The notes under the pieces are model-generated. The model searched no databases, had not been told where the DNA came from, and was given only the letters and a program-made list of their open reading frames with translations. A program made the translations under genes and the position numbers. From positions 2,132,145 through 2,196,144 of the forward strand of contig OZ245031.1 in the NCBI GenBank assembly GCA_965223975.1: a stretch of 64,000 bases of DNA, given 5' to 3'. Origin of the DNA: Pseudomonadales bacterium (lineage in GTDB: Bacteria; Pseudomonadota; Gammaproteobacteria; Pseudomonadales; JBECKS01). Positions 9,018 through 21,186 of the stretch are shown piece by piece (the stretch's first letter is position 1; every line of letters begins with the position of its first letter).

Positions 9018-10691
9018 TTAGCTGGCTTTTGCCATTGCGAGCATTTCTTTTGCGTGCGATTGAGTCTTTTGGGTCAGTTCAAGGCCGCCTAACATACGCG
9101 ATATTTCATTAATCCTTTCTTTTTGGCTTAGTGCATTAACCTGGGTCTGCCTCGATTTGTCGTCGCCATCTTTTTGGACCTTAAAGTGCTGTTGTCCTTG
9201 AGCGGCGACTTGCGCCAAGTGTGTAACACAGATAACCTGCCCATGATCAGCGAGCTCTTTCAGCAAGCGGCCAACAACTTCGGCGGTGGCACCACCAATA
9301 CCGACGTCGACTTCATCAAATATCAGACAAGGTAGGCTGGCTTTCTCGGCGAAACAGACTTGTATCGCTAGACTGATACGAGATAGCTCACCCCCTGAGG
9401 CAATTTTTGCCAAAGACTGGTGCTTTTGCCCTGGATTAGTCGATACGCAAATTTCGATACGGTCTAAGCCATAGGGCTTTGCTTCGTTAATATCTAGGCT
9501 CTCAACTTCGGTCAGTATGCTAGCGCCTTCCATACCAAGCTCCGCGAAGCGATGGTTAACCTGCTTATCCAGTTTATTTGCCATTTGTTTTCGTTTTTTA
9601 GAAAGCTTTTGTGCGACTTCCTTAAAGGATTTTTCTAGTTCCCCACACGCTTCTTCTAGCTCAGCGATGGAACTGTCAGAGTTTTTTAGACGGCTTAACT
9701 CTTCAGTCAAAGATTGGTGAAATTGAAATAGCTCATCAGGGCTTACATTGTGCTTACGGGCTAAATCGTGAATGGTGGAGAGTCTTTGATCCATATTATG
9801 TAGGCGCTCAGGATCTAGCTCTAAGCTATCAATATAGTGTTGAATATCATGACTGCTTTCTTCGGTTTGAATCAAAGCGCTGGCAATACTTTCGGCAGCG
9901 GGTTTCAACTTCGGGTGCTGTTGGCTCAGCTCTTCAAGCTGGCCTTGTGACTTTGCTAGTAGGTCTAATGCACTTGTTTCTCCATCCCGCAGAATAGCCA
10001 AAGTGCTTTGTGCAGACTCAATATCCTGATCAGCATTGGCGAGGCTTCGATGCTCTTCGCTCAGCTGTTTGTATTCGCCGTCTTCGATGGCAAGTTGGTC
10101 GAGTTCGTTCAGTTGAAAGTCTAAGAACTCAATACGGGAGAGTCGGGTGTTTTGCTCAGACTTTAACTTACTGAGTTCTTTTTCGGTCGTTTTCCACTCT
10201 TTGAATGTCTGTTTGATCTTGTCGAGGAGCTTGGGCTCTTCACAAAAGGCATCGATGAGTTCTCGGTGACTTTCCTTCTTGAGTAGCTGCTGATGTTGAT
10301 GCTGGCTATGGATGTTGATTAGGTGCTCACTTAAAGCTTTAACATCTTGTAGTGGTGACGGAGTACCATTAATAAAAGCCCGTGACTTGCCATCTTTGCT
10401 TAGCACTCTGCGTAGAATGCATTCGCCGTCCGCATCTAAACTACGTTCCTCTAGCCACGCTTTAGCCTGTGGGTTAGTCGTAATATCAAAGTTAGCGATA
10501 ATCTGGGTTTTATTGCTCTTGCTTCCCACCCAGTGACTGTCAGCGCGAGCGCCTAGAGCCAAAGATAGGGCGTCAATCATGATGGATTTACCGGCACCGG
10601 TTTCCCCGGTAATAGTGCTTAGGCCACCTTCAAACTCAATATCTAACTGGTCTGCAATGGCAAAATTGTTGATGCTTAATTCATGTAACAT
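9018..10691 (-). CDS. recN: DNA repair protein RecN
   Basis: MLHELSINNFAI...TGETGAGKS matches the RecN N-terminus at the ATG at 10691. The track start at 10742 (TTG) adds 17 aa that do not resemble RecN. Confidence 0.94.
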   Translation of the reverse strand: MLHELSINNFAIADQLDIEFEGGLSTITGETGAGKSIMIDALSLALGARADSHWVGSKSNKTQIIANFDITTNPQAKAWLEERSLDADGECILRRVLSKDGKSRAFINGTPSPLQDVKALSEHLINIHSQHQHQQLLKKESHRELIDAFCEEPKLLDKIKQTFKEWKTTEKELSKLKSEQNTRLSRIEFLDFQLNELDQLAIEDGEYKQLSEEHRSLANADQDIESAQSTLAILRDGETSALDLLAKSQGQLEELSQQHPKLKPAAESIASALIQTEESSHDIQHYIDSLELDPERLHNMDQRLSTIHDLARKHNVSPDELFQFHQSLTEELSRLKNSDSSIAELEEACGELEKSFKEVAQKLSKKRKQMANKLDKQVNHRFAELGMEGASILTEVESLDINEAKPYGLDRIEICVSTNPGQKHQSLAKIASGGELSRISLAIQVCFAEKASLPCLIFDEVDVGIGGATAEVVGRLLKELADHGQVICVTHLAQVAAQGQQHFKVQKDGDDKSRQTQVNALSQKERINEISRMLGGLELTQKTQSHAKEMLAMAKAS

Positions 10692-10756
10692 GGCTATTTG
10701 TAGAGTTGTTTTGGGCTGTTTTTGGTTTTTATCGTGGTTCAATCATATCTAAAAAG

Positions 10757-10776
10757 TACTGTCTAAACTACCAGTA
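10757..10776. promoter_or_regulatory. LexA (SOS) box upstream of recN
   Basis: TACTGTCTAAACTACCAGTA fits TACTG-N10-CAGTA. It lies 66 bp upstream of the recN ATG, in the recN/hrcA divergent region. Confidence 0.75.
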
Positions 10777-10870
10777 TTTTAGATAAGCTGCGAGCGCCTG
10801 AAAATTGGGCTAAAATTAATGCCAATTCAGCCGTCCTTCTGAGGCTTAGAAGTCGATTTAGAGGTAATAA

Positions 10871-11941
10871 GTGTCTGTTAAAAAGCCCATCCCTTCAGCA
10901 ATAGGAGCTAGCTCGCTGCCCGAGCGCTCAGAGCAAGTACTAAAGCTATTAATAGAAGAGTACATAGAAAACGGCCAACCCGTTGGCTCGAAGGTGCTTG
11001 CTGATCGACGAGGCTTATCGGTGAGCCCTGCGACTGTGCGTAATGTTTTGTCTGACCTTGAGGCAAGAGGCTATTTGCGATCACCTCATACCTCGGCTGG
11101 CCGAGTGCCTACCAATGAGGGTTATCGCCTGTTTGTAGATCATTTGCTCACTACTAATGAAATGGATATACAGGGCGTGCAAGGTATGCAACAGTTATTG
11201 TCTGCAAACTCTGACCCCAAGCAAATTGCCCATGCAGCGTCTAAGATGCTGTCGGATATGACTCAGCTAACCGGTATTGTCTTAGTACCTGGTAATAAGA
11301 AAGAAACCCTGCGCCATATTGAGTTTTTGCCTTTGAACTCCCGCCAAGCCCTAGTGATTTTGGTGATAAATGAGAAAGAGGTACAAAACTATGTGATCGA
11401 TACTGATCGCGAATACAGCGAGATAGAGCTGACTGAGGCGACTAATTTTTTAAATCAGAATTTCTCTGGTCAAAGTGTGGCCTCCATCCGATCGCACCTA
11501 TTAGGGATGATGGAGCAGGAGAAGCAGGACCTTACTAAGCTTATGGAAACAGCTATCAGCGTCAGTAGCCAGGCTATGGAGAAAAGCAAAGACGAAGATA
11601 ATCTAGTTATCCAAGGTGAGAGTAACCTGCTAGGTCAAAGTCAGGGGGCGGATTTAGGGCGGTTAAAAGCTTTATTTGAGGCCTTTAGTCAGAAGCGAGA
11701 TATCATTGATATTCTAGACCGCTGTGGACAGAGTGAGGGCATGCAGATTTTTATTGGCAAGGAAAGTGGGCATCAATTATTCGACGATATGAGCCTAGTC
11801 AGTGCCCCTTACACTGTAGGAGAAGAGGTTGTTGGTGTGCTTGCAGTGGTGGGTCCGACCCGAATCCCCTATCAAAAGGTCATACCAACAGTAAATATAA
11901 CTGCAAAAATCCTTGAGTCGGCCTTGAATCAATCTCATTAA
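10871..11941 (+). CDS. hrcA: Heat-inducible transcription repressor HrcA
   Basis: N-terminal winged-helix region (GQPVGSKVL...SPATVRNVLSDLE..GYL..PHTSAGRVPT) and position upstream of grpE. GTG start. Confidence 0.92.
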   Translation: MSVKKPIPSAIGASSLPERSEQVLKLLIEEYIENGQPVGSKVLADRRGLSVSPATVRNVLSDLEARGYLRSPHTSAGRVPTNEGYRLFVDHLLTTNEMDIQGVQGMQQLLSANSDPKQIAHAASKMLSDMTQLTGIVLVPGNKKETLRHIEFLPLNSRQALVILVINEKEVQNYVIDTDREYSEIELTEATNFLNQNFSGQSVASIRSHLLGMMEQEKQDLTKLMETAISVSSQAMEKSKDEDNLVIQGESNLLGQSQGADLGRLKALFEAFSQKRDIIDILDRCGQSEGMQIFIGKESGHQLFDDMSLVSAPYTVGEEVVGVLAVVGPTRIPYQKVIPTVNITAKILESALNQSH

Positions 11942-11992
11942 CCCTTATATTGCGCCCTTTACTGGCATAGCAATTCGGAGAAAATACTCGCC

Positions 11993-12619
11993 ATGACTCA
12001 AGATCCTAATAATGAGCAAACCGAAGAGTCCCTAAATGAGGGTCAGGATGAGGCTGTTCAGGCAGACTCTCAAGAAGCGGTCGAGGCTGAAGCTACTGAA
12101 AATGTTGAGGTAGAAGCCGCTGACGAAGCTTCTGAAGAAAGTATCGAAAGTCTTAAAGCTGCATTGGTAGAAGCAGAAGCTAAGGTTCGAGATGAAGCGC
12201 TAAGAGCCCAAGCCGAAATTCAAAACATCCGTAGACGTGCAGAGCGTGATGTAGAAAGCGCTCATAAATTTGGCCAGGAAAAGCTGATTAAAGAACTGCT
12301 GGCAGTGGTTGATACGCTCGAGCGAGGTATTCAAACCATTGACGAGCAAGAAGGGGAGTTGGATGAAGCGGTTAAGACTATTCGCGATGGCTCCGACCTT
12401 ACCCTAAAAATGTTGGTGGGGGCCTTAGAGAAATTCCAGGTTAAGCAAGTGGACCCAATGGGTGAGCCTTTTGATCCTCAATTCCATGAAGCGATGTCAA
12501 TGATTGAAAACCCGGATGCTGAGCCCAACTCTGTGATCGCAGTGGTGCAAAAGGGTTATTTGTTGAACGAGCGTCTGGTTAGACCCGCAATGGTCGTAGT
12601 CGCGAAGGGCAACCAATAG
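11993..12619 (+). CDS. grpE: Nucleotide exchange factor GrpE
   Basis: Acidic N-terminus, then RAQAE.QN.RRR.ERD...FDP..HEA. Confidence 0.94.
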   Translation: MTQDPNNEQTEESLNEGQDEAVQADSQEAVEAEATENVEVEAADEASEESIESLKAALVEAEAKVRDEALRAQAEIQNIRRRAERDVESAHKFGQEKLIKELLAVVDTLERGIQTIDEQEGELDEAVKTIRDGSDLTLKMLVGALEKFQVKQVDPMGEPFDPQFHEAMSMIENPDAEPNSVIAVVQKGYLLNERLVRPAMVVVAKGNQ

Positions 12620-12808
12620 CAACTAATTTAGAAAAAGCCCGAAAATCCTATAAATAATTGCAAATTTCTTAGGTGTAGACCTTGAAGTTGGCCTATTTGG
12701 CTCAATTATCAGTTTTGCCTAAGGGCCCCATGGGGGCTGAAACGAATTTAATATCTTTCGATTGGCTCAAAGCAGCGGTCGGAAACCTAGTAAGAGCGGA
12801 GAAAAACA

Positions 12809-14752
12809 ATGGCAAAAATAATCGGAATCGACCTTGGAACCACTAACTCTTGTGTAGCTGTAATGGAAGGCGACCAAGCTAAGGTGATCGAGAACGTAGA
12901 AGGTGATCGTACTACCCCATCTATCATCGCTTATACCGATGATGAAACCTTAGTGGGTCAATCTGCTAAGCGTCAGGCGGTCACTAATCCAGAGAATACT
13001 CTATTTGCCATTAAGCGTTTAATCGGTCGCAAGTTCACCGACGATGTGGTTCAAAAAGATATCAAAATGGTGCCTTACACCATCTCTGCCGCTGATAATG
13101 GTGACGCATGGGTTGAGGTAAAAGGTGAGAAACAGGCTCCCCCGCAAATCTCAGCGCAAGTTCTTGCGAAAATGAAGAAGACCGCTGAAGACTATCTAGG
13201 TGAAGCTGTAACCGAAGCAGTGGTAACTGTGCCTGCATACTTTAATGATTCTCAGCGTCAAGCGACTAAAGACGCAGGTAAGATTGCCGGTTTAGATGTA
13301 AAACGTATTATCAACGAGCCAACAGCAGCTGCTTTGGCCTATGGTTTGGATAAAGGTCAAGGCGATTCCACCATTGCCGTATATGACCTGGGTGGCGGTA
13401 CTTTTGATATCTCAATCATTGAGATTGCAGAAGTTGATGGCGAGCATCAGTTTGAAGTGCTTTCAACCAGTGGTGATACCTTCCTTGGTGGTGAAGACTT
13501 TGATATGGCCGTGATTGAATACCTTGCTGACGAGTTTAAAAAGGACTCAGGTATTGACCTTCACAACGATCCGCTCGCTTTACAGCGTTTAAAAGAAGCG
13601 GCTGAGAAAGCGAAGATTGAATTGTCTACATCTCAGCAGACTGAAGTTAACCTTCCTTATATTACCGCTGATGCAACAGGTCCCAAGCACCTTGTGGTTA
13701 AGTTATCTCGTGCCAAATTGGAGTCCTTGGTAGAAGACTTAGTGGTAAGAAGTATCGAGCCTTGTAAGACAGCGTTAAAAGATGCCGGTTTAAGTGCCTC
13801 TGAAATTAACGATGTTATTTTGGTAGGCGGTCAAACCCGTATGCCGATGGTTCAAGCAAAAGTACAAGAGTTCTTTGGTAAAGAGCCACGTAAAGACGTT
13901 AACCCTGATGAAGCAGTAGCGATGGGTGCATCTATTCAGGCCGCGGTACTGTCTGGTGATGTGAAAGATGTATTGCTTTTGGATGTGACTCCACTAACCC
14001 TAGGTATCGAAACTATGGGTGGTGTGATGACTCCGTTAATTGAGAAAAACACTACGATCCCTACCAAGGCTTCGCAAGTATTCTCAACTGCAGATGACAA
14101 CCAAACGGCTGTTACTGTTCACGTTCTTCAAGGTGAGCGTAAGCAAGCAGCGGGAAATAAGTCACTTGGTCGTTTTGATTTGGCGGATATTCCACCTGCA
14201 CCTCGCGGTGTACCTCAAATTGAGGTGAGCTTTGATATCGACGCTAATGGTATCTTAAATGTGTCCGCGAAAGATAAAGCGACTAATAAAGAACAGTCTA
14301 TTGTGATTCAAGCCTCTTCAGGTTTGTCCGATGATGAGATTGATGCAATGGTGAAAGATGCTGAAGCGAACGCAGAAGAGGATCGTAAGTTCGAAGAATT
14401 AGTAACAGCTCGCAACCAGGGCGAAGCGATGTTGAACGCAACCAAGAAAACTCTTGAAGAAGCAGGCGACAAAGCTACCGAAGAAGAGAAAACTTCAATC
14501 GAAGCGGCTTGCGCTGAGTTAGAAGAAGCTCTGAAAGGCGATAACAAAGAGGAGATTGAAGCCAAAACAACAGCACTTACAGAAGCTAGTGGTAGCTTGG
14601 CTCAAAAACTTTATGCCGAACAGGCAGCAGCTGCTGGTGCGCAAGGCGGACCTGGGCCGGACGTCGATCCAGCTGCGGGAGCTGAATCCCAAAACGGTTC
14701 TGCTGATGACGCAGTGGACGCTGAGTTCGAAGAAATTAAGGACAACAAATAG
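12809..14752 (+). CDS. dnaK: Molecular chaperone DnaK (Hsp70)
   Basis: Contains [23 protein letters not shown] and the C-terminal EFEE. Confidence 0.98.
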   Translation: MAKIIGIDLGTTNSCVAVMEGDQAKVIENVEGDRTTPSIIAYTDDETLVGQSAKRQAVTNPENTLFAIKRLIGRKFTDDVVQKDIKMVPYTISAADNGDAWVEVKGEKQAPPQISAQVLAKMKKTAEDYLGEAVTEAVVTVPAYFNDSQRQATKDAGKIAGLDVKRIINEPTAAALAYGLDKGQGDSTIAVYDLGGGTFDISIIEIAEVDGEHQFEVLSTSGDTFLGGEDFDMAVIEYLADEFKKDSGIDLHNDPLALQRLKEAAEKAKIELSTSQQTEVNLPYITADATGPKHLVVKLSRAKLESLVEDLVVRSIEPCKTALKDAGLSASEINDVILVGGQTRMPMVQAKVQEFFGKEPRKDVNPDEAVAMGASIQAAVLSGDVKDVLLLDVTPLTLGIETMGGVMTPLIEKNTTIPTKASQVFSTADDNQTAVTVHVLQGERKQAAGNKSLGRFDLADIPPAPRGVPQIEVSFDIDANGILNVSAKDKATNKEQSIVIQASSGLSDDEIDAMVKDAEANAEEDRKFEELVTARNQGEAMLNATKKTLEEAGDKATEEEKTSIEAACAELEEALKGDNKEEIEAKTTALTEASGSLAQKLYAEQAAAAGAQGGPGPDVDPAAGAESQNGSADDAVDAEFEEIKDNK

Positions 14753-14906
14753 TTTACGCTTGCTGTGCTTGAAAATTCTTTGTTAAAAAGAGCCTCAATG
14801 TGCTCATTTACTGTTAGTAAAAGACGCCGCTTTTTTGGTTCTTTGCGCCTAGACTTTTCTTCGCTTGCGACAGCGTGAAAGAGTTTAAAAATATAACTGT
14901 AAGTGT

Positions 14907-14937
14907 AATAGCGCGGGACCTCCCGCGTTATTCGTTT
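14907..14937 (+). terminator. Hairpin between dnaK and dnaJ (possible attenuator or terminator)
   Basis: aatagcgcggga-cc-tcccgcgttatt forms a 12-bp stem with one G:U pair. It is followed by cgtttt. Confidence 0.4.
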
Positions 14938-14963
14938 TAACCAGATAGTGAGTTTGCCTTCCT

Positions 14964-16082
14964 ATGTCTAAACGAGATTATTATGAAGTGCTAGGTGTTG
15001 CTAAAGGCGCTGAAGCTTCTGACATCAAAAAAGCTTATCGACGCATGGCGATGAAATATCACCCAGATCGTAATGAAGGTGATGCGGCAGCAGAAGCAAA
15101 GTTTAAAGAAGTACAAGAAGCCTACGATATCCTATCTGATAACGAGAAACGTCCGCTTTACGATCGCTATGGTCATGCTGGTGTTGATCCTCAAGCGGGT
15201 GCTGGTGGTGGTTTTGGTGGCGGCGATTTCGGAGATATTTTTGGTGATGTTTTTGGGGATATCTTCGGTGGCGGTCGCGGAGGAGGCGGTAGACGCAGTC
15301 GTAGAGGTTCAGATTTGCGTTATACCCTGGAGCTGGATTTAGAAGAAGCTGTGCGCGGCACCGAAGTACAAATCAGCGTGCCTACTTACGCAACTTGCGA
15401 TACCTGTGACGGTAGTGGGGCTAAAAAAGGCAGCTCCCCCGTGACCTGTTCAGGTTGTGGTGGAGTGGGTCAAGTGCGAATGCAGCAGGGTTTCTTTTCG
15501 GTTCAACAAACTTGTCCGCAGTGCCGAGGTGCGGGTCAAGTGATTGCTGACCCCTGTCACGATTGTTCAGGCCAGGGGCGTGTTGAAAAGAACAAAAAGC
15601 TGTCCGTTAAAATTCCGGCTGGCGTTGATACTGGTGATCGAATTCGCTTAGCGGGAGAGGGTGAAGCTGGTGCGCAAGGAGACCCATCAGGTGATCTTTA
15701 TGTGCAGGTGGCTGTTCGCGATCATTCTGTTTTTGAGCGAGATGGAAAGCATTTATATTGCGAAGTACCTATTAGTTTTACCGAGCTAGCTTTGGGTGGA
15801 GAGATCGAAGTGCCGACCCTAGACGGTCGAGTGAAACTTAAAATCCCTAGCGAAACCCAGACTGGTAAAATGTTTAGAATTCGTGGCAAAGGCGTACAAC
15901 CTGTCCGCGGAGGATCTAAGGGCGATTTGCTTTGTAAGGTCGCGGTAGAAACCCCGGTTGGCTTGACCAAAGAGCAAAAAGAGCTTCTTAAACAGTTTCA
16001 AGAATCAGTAGAAGAAGGTGGGAAAAAACACTCTCCGCAAAAGAGTTCCTGGTTTGAGTCAGTAAAAAGCTTTTTTGAGTAA
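14964..16082 (+). CDS. dnaJ: Co-chaperone DnaJ
   Basis: J domain with HPD, a G/F-rich linker and four CxxCxGxG zinc-finger motifs. Confidence 0.97.
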   Translation: MSKRDYYEVLGVAKGAEASDIKKAYRRMAMKYHPDRNEGDAAAEAKFKEVQEAYDILSDNEKRPLYDRYGHAGVDPQAGAGGGFGGGDFGDIFGDVFGDIFGGGRGGGGRRSRRGSDLRYTLELDLEEAVRGTEVQISVPTYATCDTCDGSGAKKGSSPVTCSGCGGVGQVRMQQGFFSVQQTCPQCRGAGQVIADPCHDCSGQGRVEKNKKLSVKIPAGVDTGDRIRLAGEGEAGAQGDPSGDLYVQVAVRDHSVFERDGKHLYCEVPISFTELALGGEIEVPTLDGRVKLKIPSETQTGKMFRIRGKGVQPVRGGSKGDLLCKVAVETPVGLTKEQKELLKQFQESVEEGGKKHSPQKSSWFESVKSFFE

Positions 16083-16149
16083 GCGTTTCAAGCTGGTAAG
16101 ATAGCTTCTTTCTTTTTTTGGGACCAAGATTGGCCCGTTCTTCATTTAG

Positions 16150-16965
<816 letters not shown>

Positions 16966-17328
16966 TATTTATTCAGTATTTCAAGATATTGCCCATCCTG
17001 GGGTTTTGTTTGTCCGTGTTTAAAATAAGCATTTCTTTGCTAAAAAGTTCGTTTTTTCTCCCGCTTGAGCGTAGAATTTCCTTAGGTTGACAGTTTTTGC
17101 TTATGTATCGCTTCCCAGGAGGGTGTGGTGGACCCATAAGCATGGGGTAGTAAGCCGTAACCTTAGCTGAAATTTAAGACAGGTTGATAAGGATGTTTTA
17201 GTAGTCGACTTTGATTGAAGCGCTTAGAGAATTTTATTTTGCTCAACGAAATAGGGCAGAACAAAACTTAAATAGCTTCGCTTACCTATAAGTCTAAAAA
17301 TAATATCAGGCGGAGCAGAGAGGGAACT

Positions 17329-19738
17329 ATGCCGCTGGTGATTGTAAACATAGTATTAGCTATCACTTTTCTATTTGGCTCTATCGTAGTCAATGCTAAT
17401 TCGCCTGAACTTTTTTCTTTTTTAAGTGCTGAAGAAAAACAGTGGGTCTTAGATAACCCAAAAATAGTGGTTGGAAATGAGCGAGACTGGCCCCCCTTTG
17501 ATTTCGAAGAAAATGGTGAAGCTAAAGGCTATACCATTGATTTAGTCAAGTTGATGGCGGGTAAGCTCGGTCTAGAGGTTGAGTTTGTAGGTGACCTTAC
17601 CTGGGATGAGTTGATGTCTCGATTGGAAAGTGGTGACATCGACATGATGCCTGCGATTTATAAGTCTCCTGAAAGAGAAGAGTATTTGAGCTTTAGTCAC
17701 AGTTATTATTCCCAACCTTCAATTATTGTTGTTAGAAACGGTAATGAGTCTGTAGCTAAATTTGAAGACCTTAAACATAAAAAAGTAGCGGGGGTGAAAG
17801 GTTATTTAGTGACCGAGCGCCTTAAGAAGAGCCACCCTGATATACAAGTAGTAGAGTACGATACGGTGGTCTCATGCTTGCAATCAGTCGCAGTAGGAGA
17901 GGTAGATGCCTACATAGATAGTATCGGTTTACTGGCATATACACTTGAACGCAACTTTATCCCTAATCTAAAAATAATAAACGGCTTAGAACAGTTTGAA
18001 TTATCGAACCCGCCTATGCATATGGCGGTAGGAAAGCAGAGCGAGGTGTTGGTTAGTTTAATCAATAAATCACTCGCCGCAGTTAGTGATGAGGAAAAGC
18101 TTCTTTTGGCAGAAAAGTGGCTGCAAACCAGCTTTTACGAAGACAAGATCATTTTAACTCAAGAGCAAATTGATTGGGTTAAATCGCATCCTAAGATCAG
18201 GCTGGGGCTAGACCCTGCTTATGCTCCATATAGCTTTAAAAATGAAGAAGGTGAATACCTTGGGATAGCCGTCGATTTTCTACACTTGCTAGGACAAAAA
18301 ATTGGAGTGGAGTTTGAGGTTGTTCCTAACCTTTCTTGGGTAGAGATGCTAAGCCACGCAAAAGAACAAAAGCTAGATGTGATAACTCCTGTTGTTCAAA
18401 CCTCCGAACGTAAGGAGTATTTGAACTTCACCCCAGTTTATATTCCGACCCCACTGGTTACTGTAGGCAAAGAGAGTTTGGATTTGGCGGCTTTAGAATC
18501 CGGGGGCTTATACGATCAAGCGAAAGTAGCGCTGGTTAAGGGTTACTCTTCAAGCGATAGGTACATATCAGACCATCCAAGTGCAGATATTGTTTGGGTA
18601 AATACCGCGTTAGAAGCTCTTCAAATGGTGTCTTCAGGACGTGCTGATTTAAGTGTGATGGTGATTGGAGTCGCCTCACAAATTATTCGTGAATACGGTA
18701 TGACACAGCTAGAAATTTTAACCTACTACGATGAAAACTACGATGGCCAAAGAATTGGAATTCGTAGTGACTGGCCTGAGCTTTCGGTGTTGTTAGGTGT
18801 TGCCCTAGATGATGTGAGTGAAAAGGAGCGTAAAGAGATTTATGATCGCTGGATTAGCGTGTCTTTTCATAAAGAAGCAGGCTATAGCTTATTATTTAAG
18901 GCTATTTTGGGTCTGGTGATTGCGTTGCTGTTAATGTCTCTCTATGTGCGTCGTTTGAACTCAGAGATCGAACAGCGTCATCAGGTCCAAGCTAAATTAG
19001 AAGAGAGTAACTATTTTCTAGCACAGGCTAAAAGAAGAGCTGATCGTGCTAATCAAGCCACTTCAGAATTTGTATCGTCCTTAAGCCATGAACTCCGAAC
19101 CCCTTTGACCTCTATCATTGGCTTCTCTCAGCTGTTAAAACTTGATAACACACTTGCCCGAGGAGCATCACACCAAGGCGGATCATATTGAAAAGGCGGG
19201 AGAACACGTTATTAAACTGATTGATGATGTGCTTGATCTATCCATTATAGAGGCGGGTAAATTACGCTTATCACCTGAGCCTATTAAAGCCGGGGAGATC
19301 GTTCAGGAGAGCGTCCATCTCATCAGCCCTCAGTTAAATGACAAAGGCCAAGGTTTGGCTGTAGAAGAGAGCGGGCTAGGAGATGAGCTTATTTATGGTG
19401 ATCGACTAAGAGTTCGCCAGATAATCTTAAATATATTAAGTAACGCGGTAAAATATAATGAGCCTAATGGCAGTATCGATATAAGCTATGAACGCCAGCA
19501 AAACCAGCTGAAGATTTTAGTTGCTGATACTGGGCAGGGGCTGAGCACGCAGCAGTTGAAGGTTTTATTTGAGCCCTACGAGAGAGCAGGCGCCGAGAAG
19601 AGTAATATTCTGGGTAAAGGTATGGGGCTAGCAATCTCAAAGCGGTTGGCAGAATTGATGGGTGGAGAGATTGGTGTTGAGAGTGAAGAGGGCAAGGGCT
19701 CGTGCTTTTGGCTGACTTTACCCCTAGTAGATAGCTAG
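17329..19738 (+). pseudogene. Sensor histidine kinase with two periplasmic solute-binding (SBP_bac_3-like) domains, split by a frameshift in HisKA
   Basis: ORF 17329-19191 ends inside HisKA (SHELRTPLTSIIGFSQLLKLDN). The 19142-19738 frame continues the domain (LPEEHH..IEKAGEHVIKLIDDVLDLS) and then gives HATPase_c (N-box, G1, G2). The frame change is at about 19148-19153. No response regulator is adjacent. Confidence 0.8.
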
Positions 19739-19980
19739 CTCGGCGAAGTGTTGAGTTAGGTCTTGAGTTAGGAGTGGCAGCAGGGGTAAGAGTGGATCAA
19801 AAAATCAAAAAAATACCTCTGGATTTCAATTTCTCTAATGACAGTTCAGGCTCTCTCTATTACAATTGCCGTCCAACCAAAAGGCTAATTTCTTTTAGCT
19901 TTGAACTTTCTAGCCCCCTTGGTGTTCATCGCGGGGATCAACGTTGAAAACTTGCTCGCTAGAGCATTCCGGAGGATAAA

Positions 19981-21120
19981 TTGAGTAATCCAGCCGTACT
20001 TGCGCTCGAAGACGGTAGTGTGTTCCGCGGCCAGGCGATAGGAGCCAGTGGCCAAGCTCTAGGTGAGGTGGTATTTAATACTGCGATGACAGGCTATCAA
20101 GAAATCTTGAGTGACCCCTCCTACGCTAAGCAAATCGTCACCTTGACTTACCCCCATATTGGTAACACCGGATGTAACTCAGAGGATGATGAGGCGAATA
20201 GTCTTTGGAGTGCCGGTTTGGTGATTAGAGACTTACCTAAGCTTTCTTCTTCTTTTAGGCAGGAAGAAACTCTTCCACAATACCTGAAGCGCAACAACAT
20301 GGTGGCGATTGCCGGGATCGATACTCGACGATTGACTCGAATTCTACGAGAAAAGGGAGCTCTGAAAGGCTGCATCCTGACCGCCTCGGCTGACAGTGAA
20401 AGTGTAGACGAGGCAAAAGCCCTGGAGTTGGCTAAAACAGCGGATTCCCTCAAAGGCTTGGATTTGGCTAAAGAAGTGACTGCATCGAAAGCTTACGACT
20501 GGAGCGAAGGTTCTTGGGTTCTTGGCCAAGGCTACCAAGGCCTAGCAAATAAAAAGTATACGGTGGTCGCTTACGACTTCGGCGTAAAGCGCAACATACT
20601 AAGAATGTTAGTTGATCGGGCATGTGATCTTAAAGTGGTTCCTGCAACAACTCCCGCAGAAGACGTACTAGCAATGAATCCTGATGGCGTATTTTTATCT
20701 AATGGCCCAGGTGACCCAGAGCCTTGTGATTATGCTATTGAGGCGGTGAAAACCATTCTTGAGAAAAAGGTGCCGATCTTTGGGATTTGTTTAGGCCACC
20801 AGATTCTTGCTTTAGCCAGTGGTGCTAAGACCGAGAAAATGAAGTTTGGCCACCACGGTGCAAACCACCCCGTTGAAAAGTTAAGTGATAAAACTGTTTT
20901 GATTACCAGTCAGAACCACGGCTTTGCGGTATCTGAAGATGGATTGCCGGGCATCTTAGATGTGACTCATAGGTCTCTATTCGATCAATCATTGCAGGGC
21001 ATCGAAAGAAATGATGTGCCAGCCTTTGGTTTCCAGGGTCACCCAGAAGCCAGTCCAGGTCCGCATGACGCAGCGCCTTTGTTTGATCACTTTATCGAGC
21101 TCATGGATCAAAATAAATAA
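19981..21120 (+). CDS. carA: Carbamoyl-phosphate synthase small subunit
   Basis: TTG start after GGAGG. Contains the GICLGHQ glutaminase active site. Confidence 0.96.
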   Translation: MSNPAVLALEDGSVFRGQAIGASGQALGEVVFNTAMTGYQEILSDPSYAKQIVTLTYPHIGNTGCNSEDDEANSLWSAGLVIRDLPKLSSSFRQEETLPQYLKRNNMVAIAGIDTRRLTRILREKGALKGCILTASADSESVDEAKALELAKTADSLKGLDLAKEVTASKAYDWSEGSWVLGQGYQGLANKKYTVVAYDFGVKRNILRMLVDRACDLKVVPATTPAEDVLAMNPDGVFLSNGPGDPEPCDYAIEAVKTILEKKVPIFGICLGHQILALASGAKTEKMKFGHHGANHPVEKLSDKTVLITSQNHGFAVSEDGLPGILDVTHRSLFDQSLQGIERNDVPAFGFQGHPEASPGPHDAAPLFDHFIELMDQNK

Positions 21121-21186
21121 GTCTTTAAAACTAACCCTTTAAAGCACGGTAAACAGTTTAACCTCGGAACAGTTAGAGTAGCCTAA

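Noticed and set aside
10394-10420. TTAGCACTC, a CIRCE half-site match.
   Set aside because: It lies inside the recN coding sequence, and no GAGTGCTAA partner follows 9 nt downstream.
12681-12731. Possible sigma32 promoter upstream of dnaK (CTTGAAG at 12681 and CCCCAT at 12726).
   Set aside because: The two elements are about 39 nt apart, whereas about 13-15 nt is required. The alternative -10 (CTCAATTAT) at correct spacing matches the consensus poorly. I cannot call it from sequence alone.
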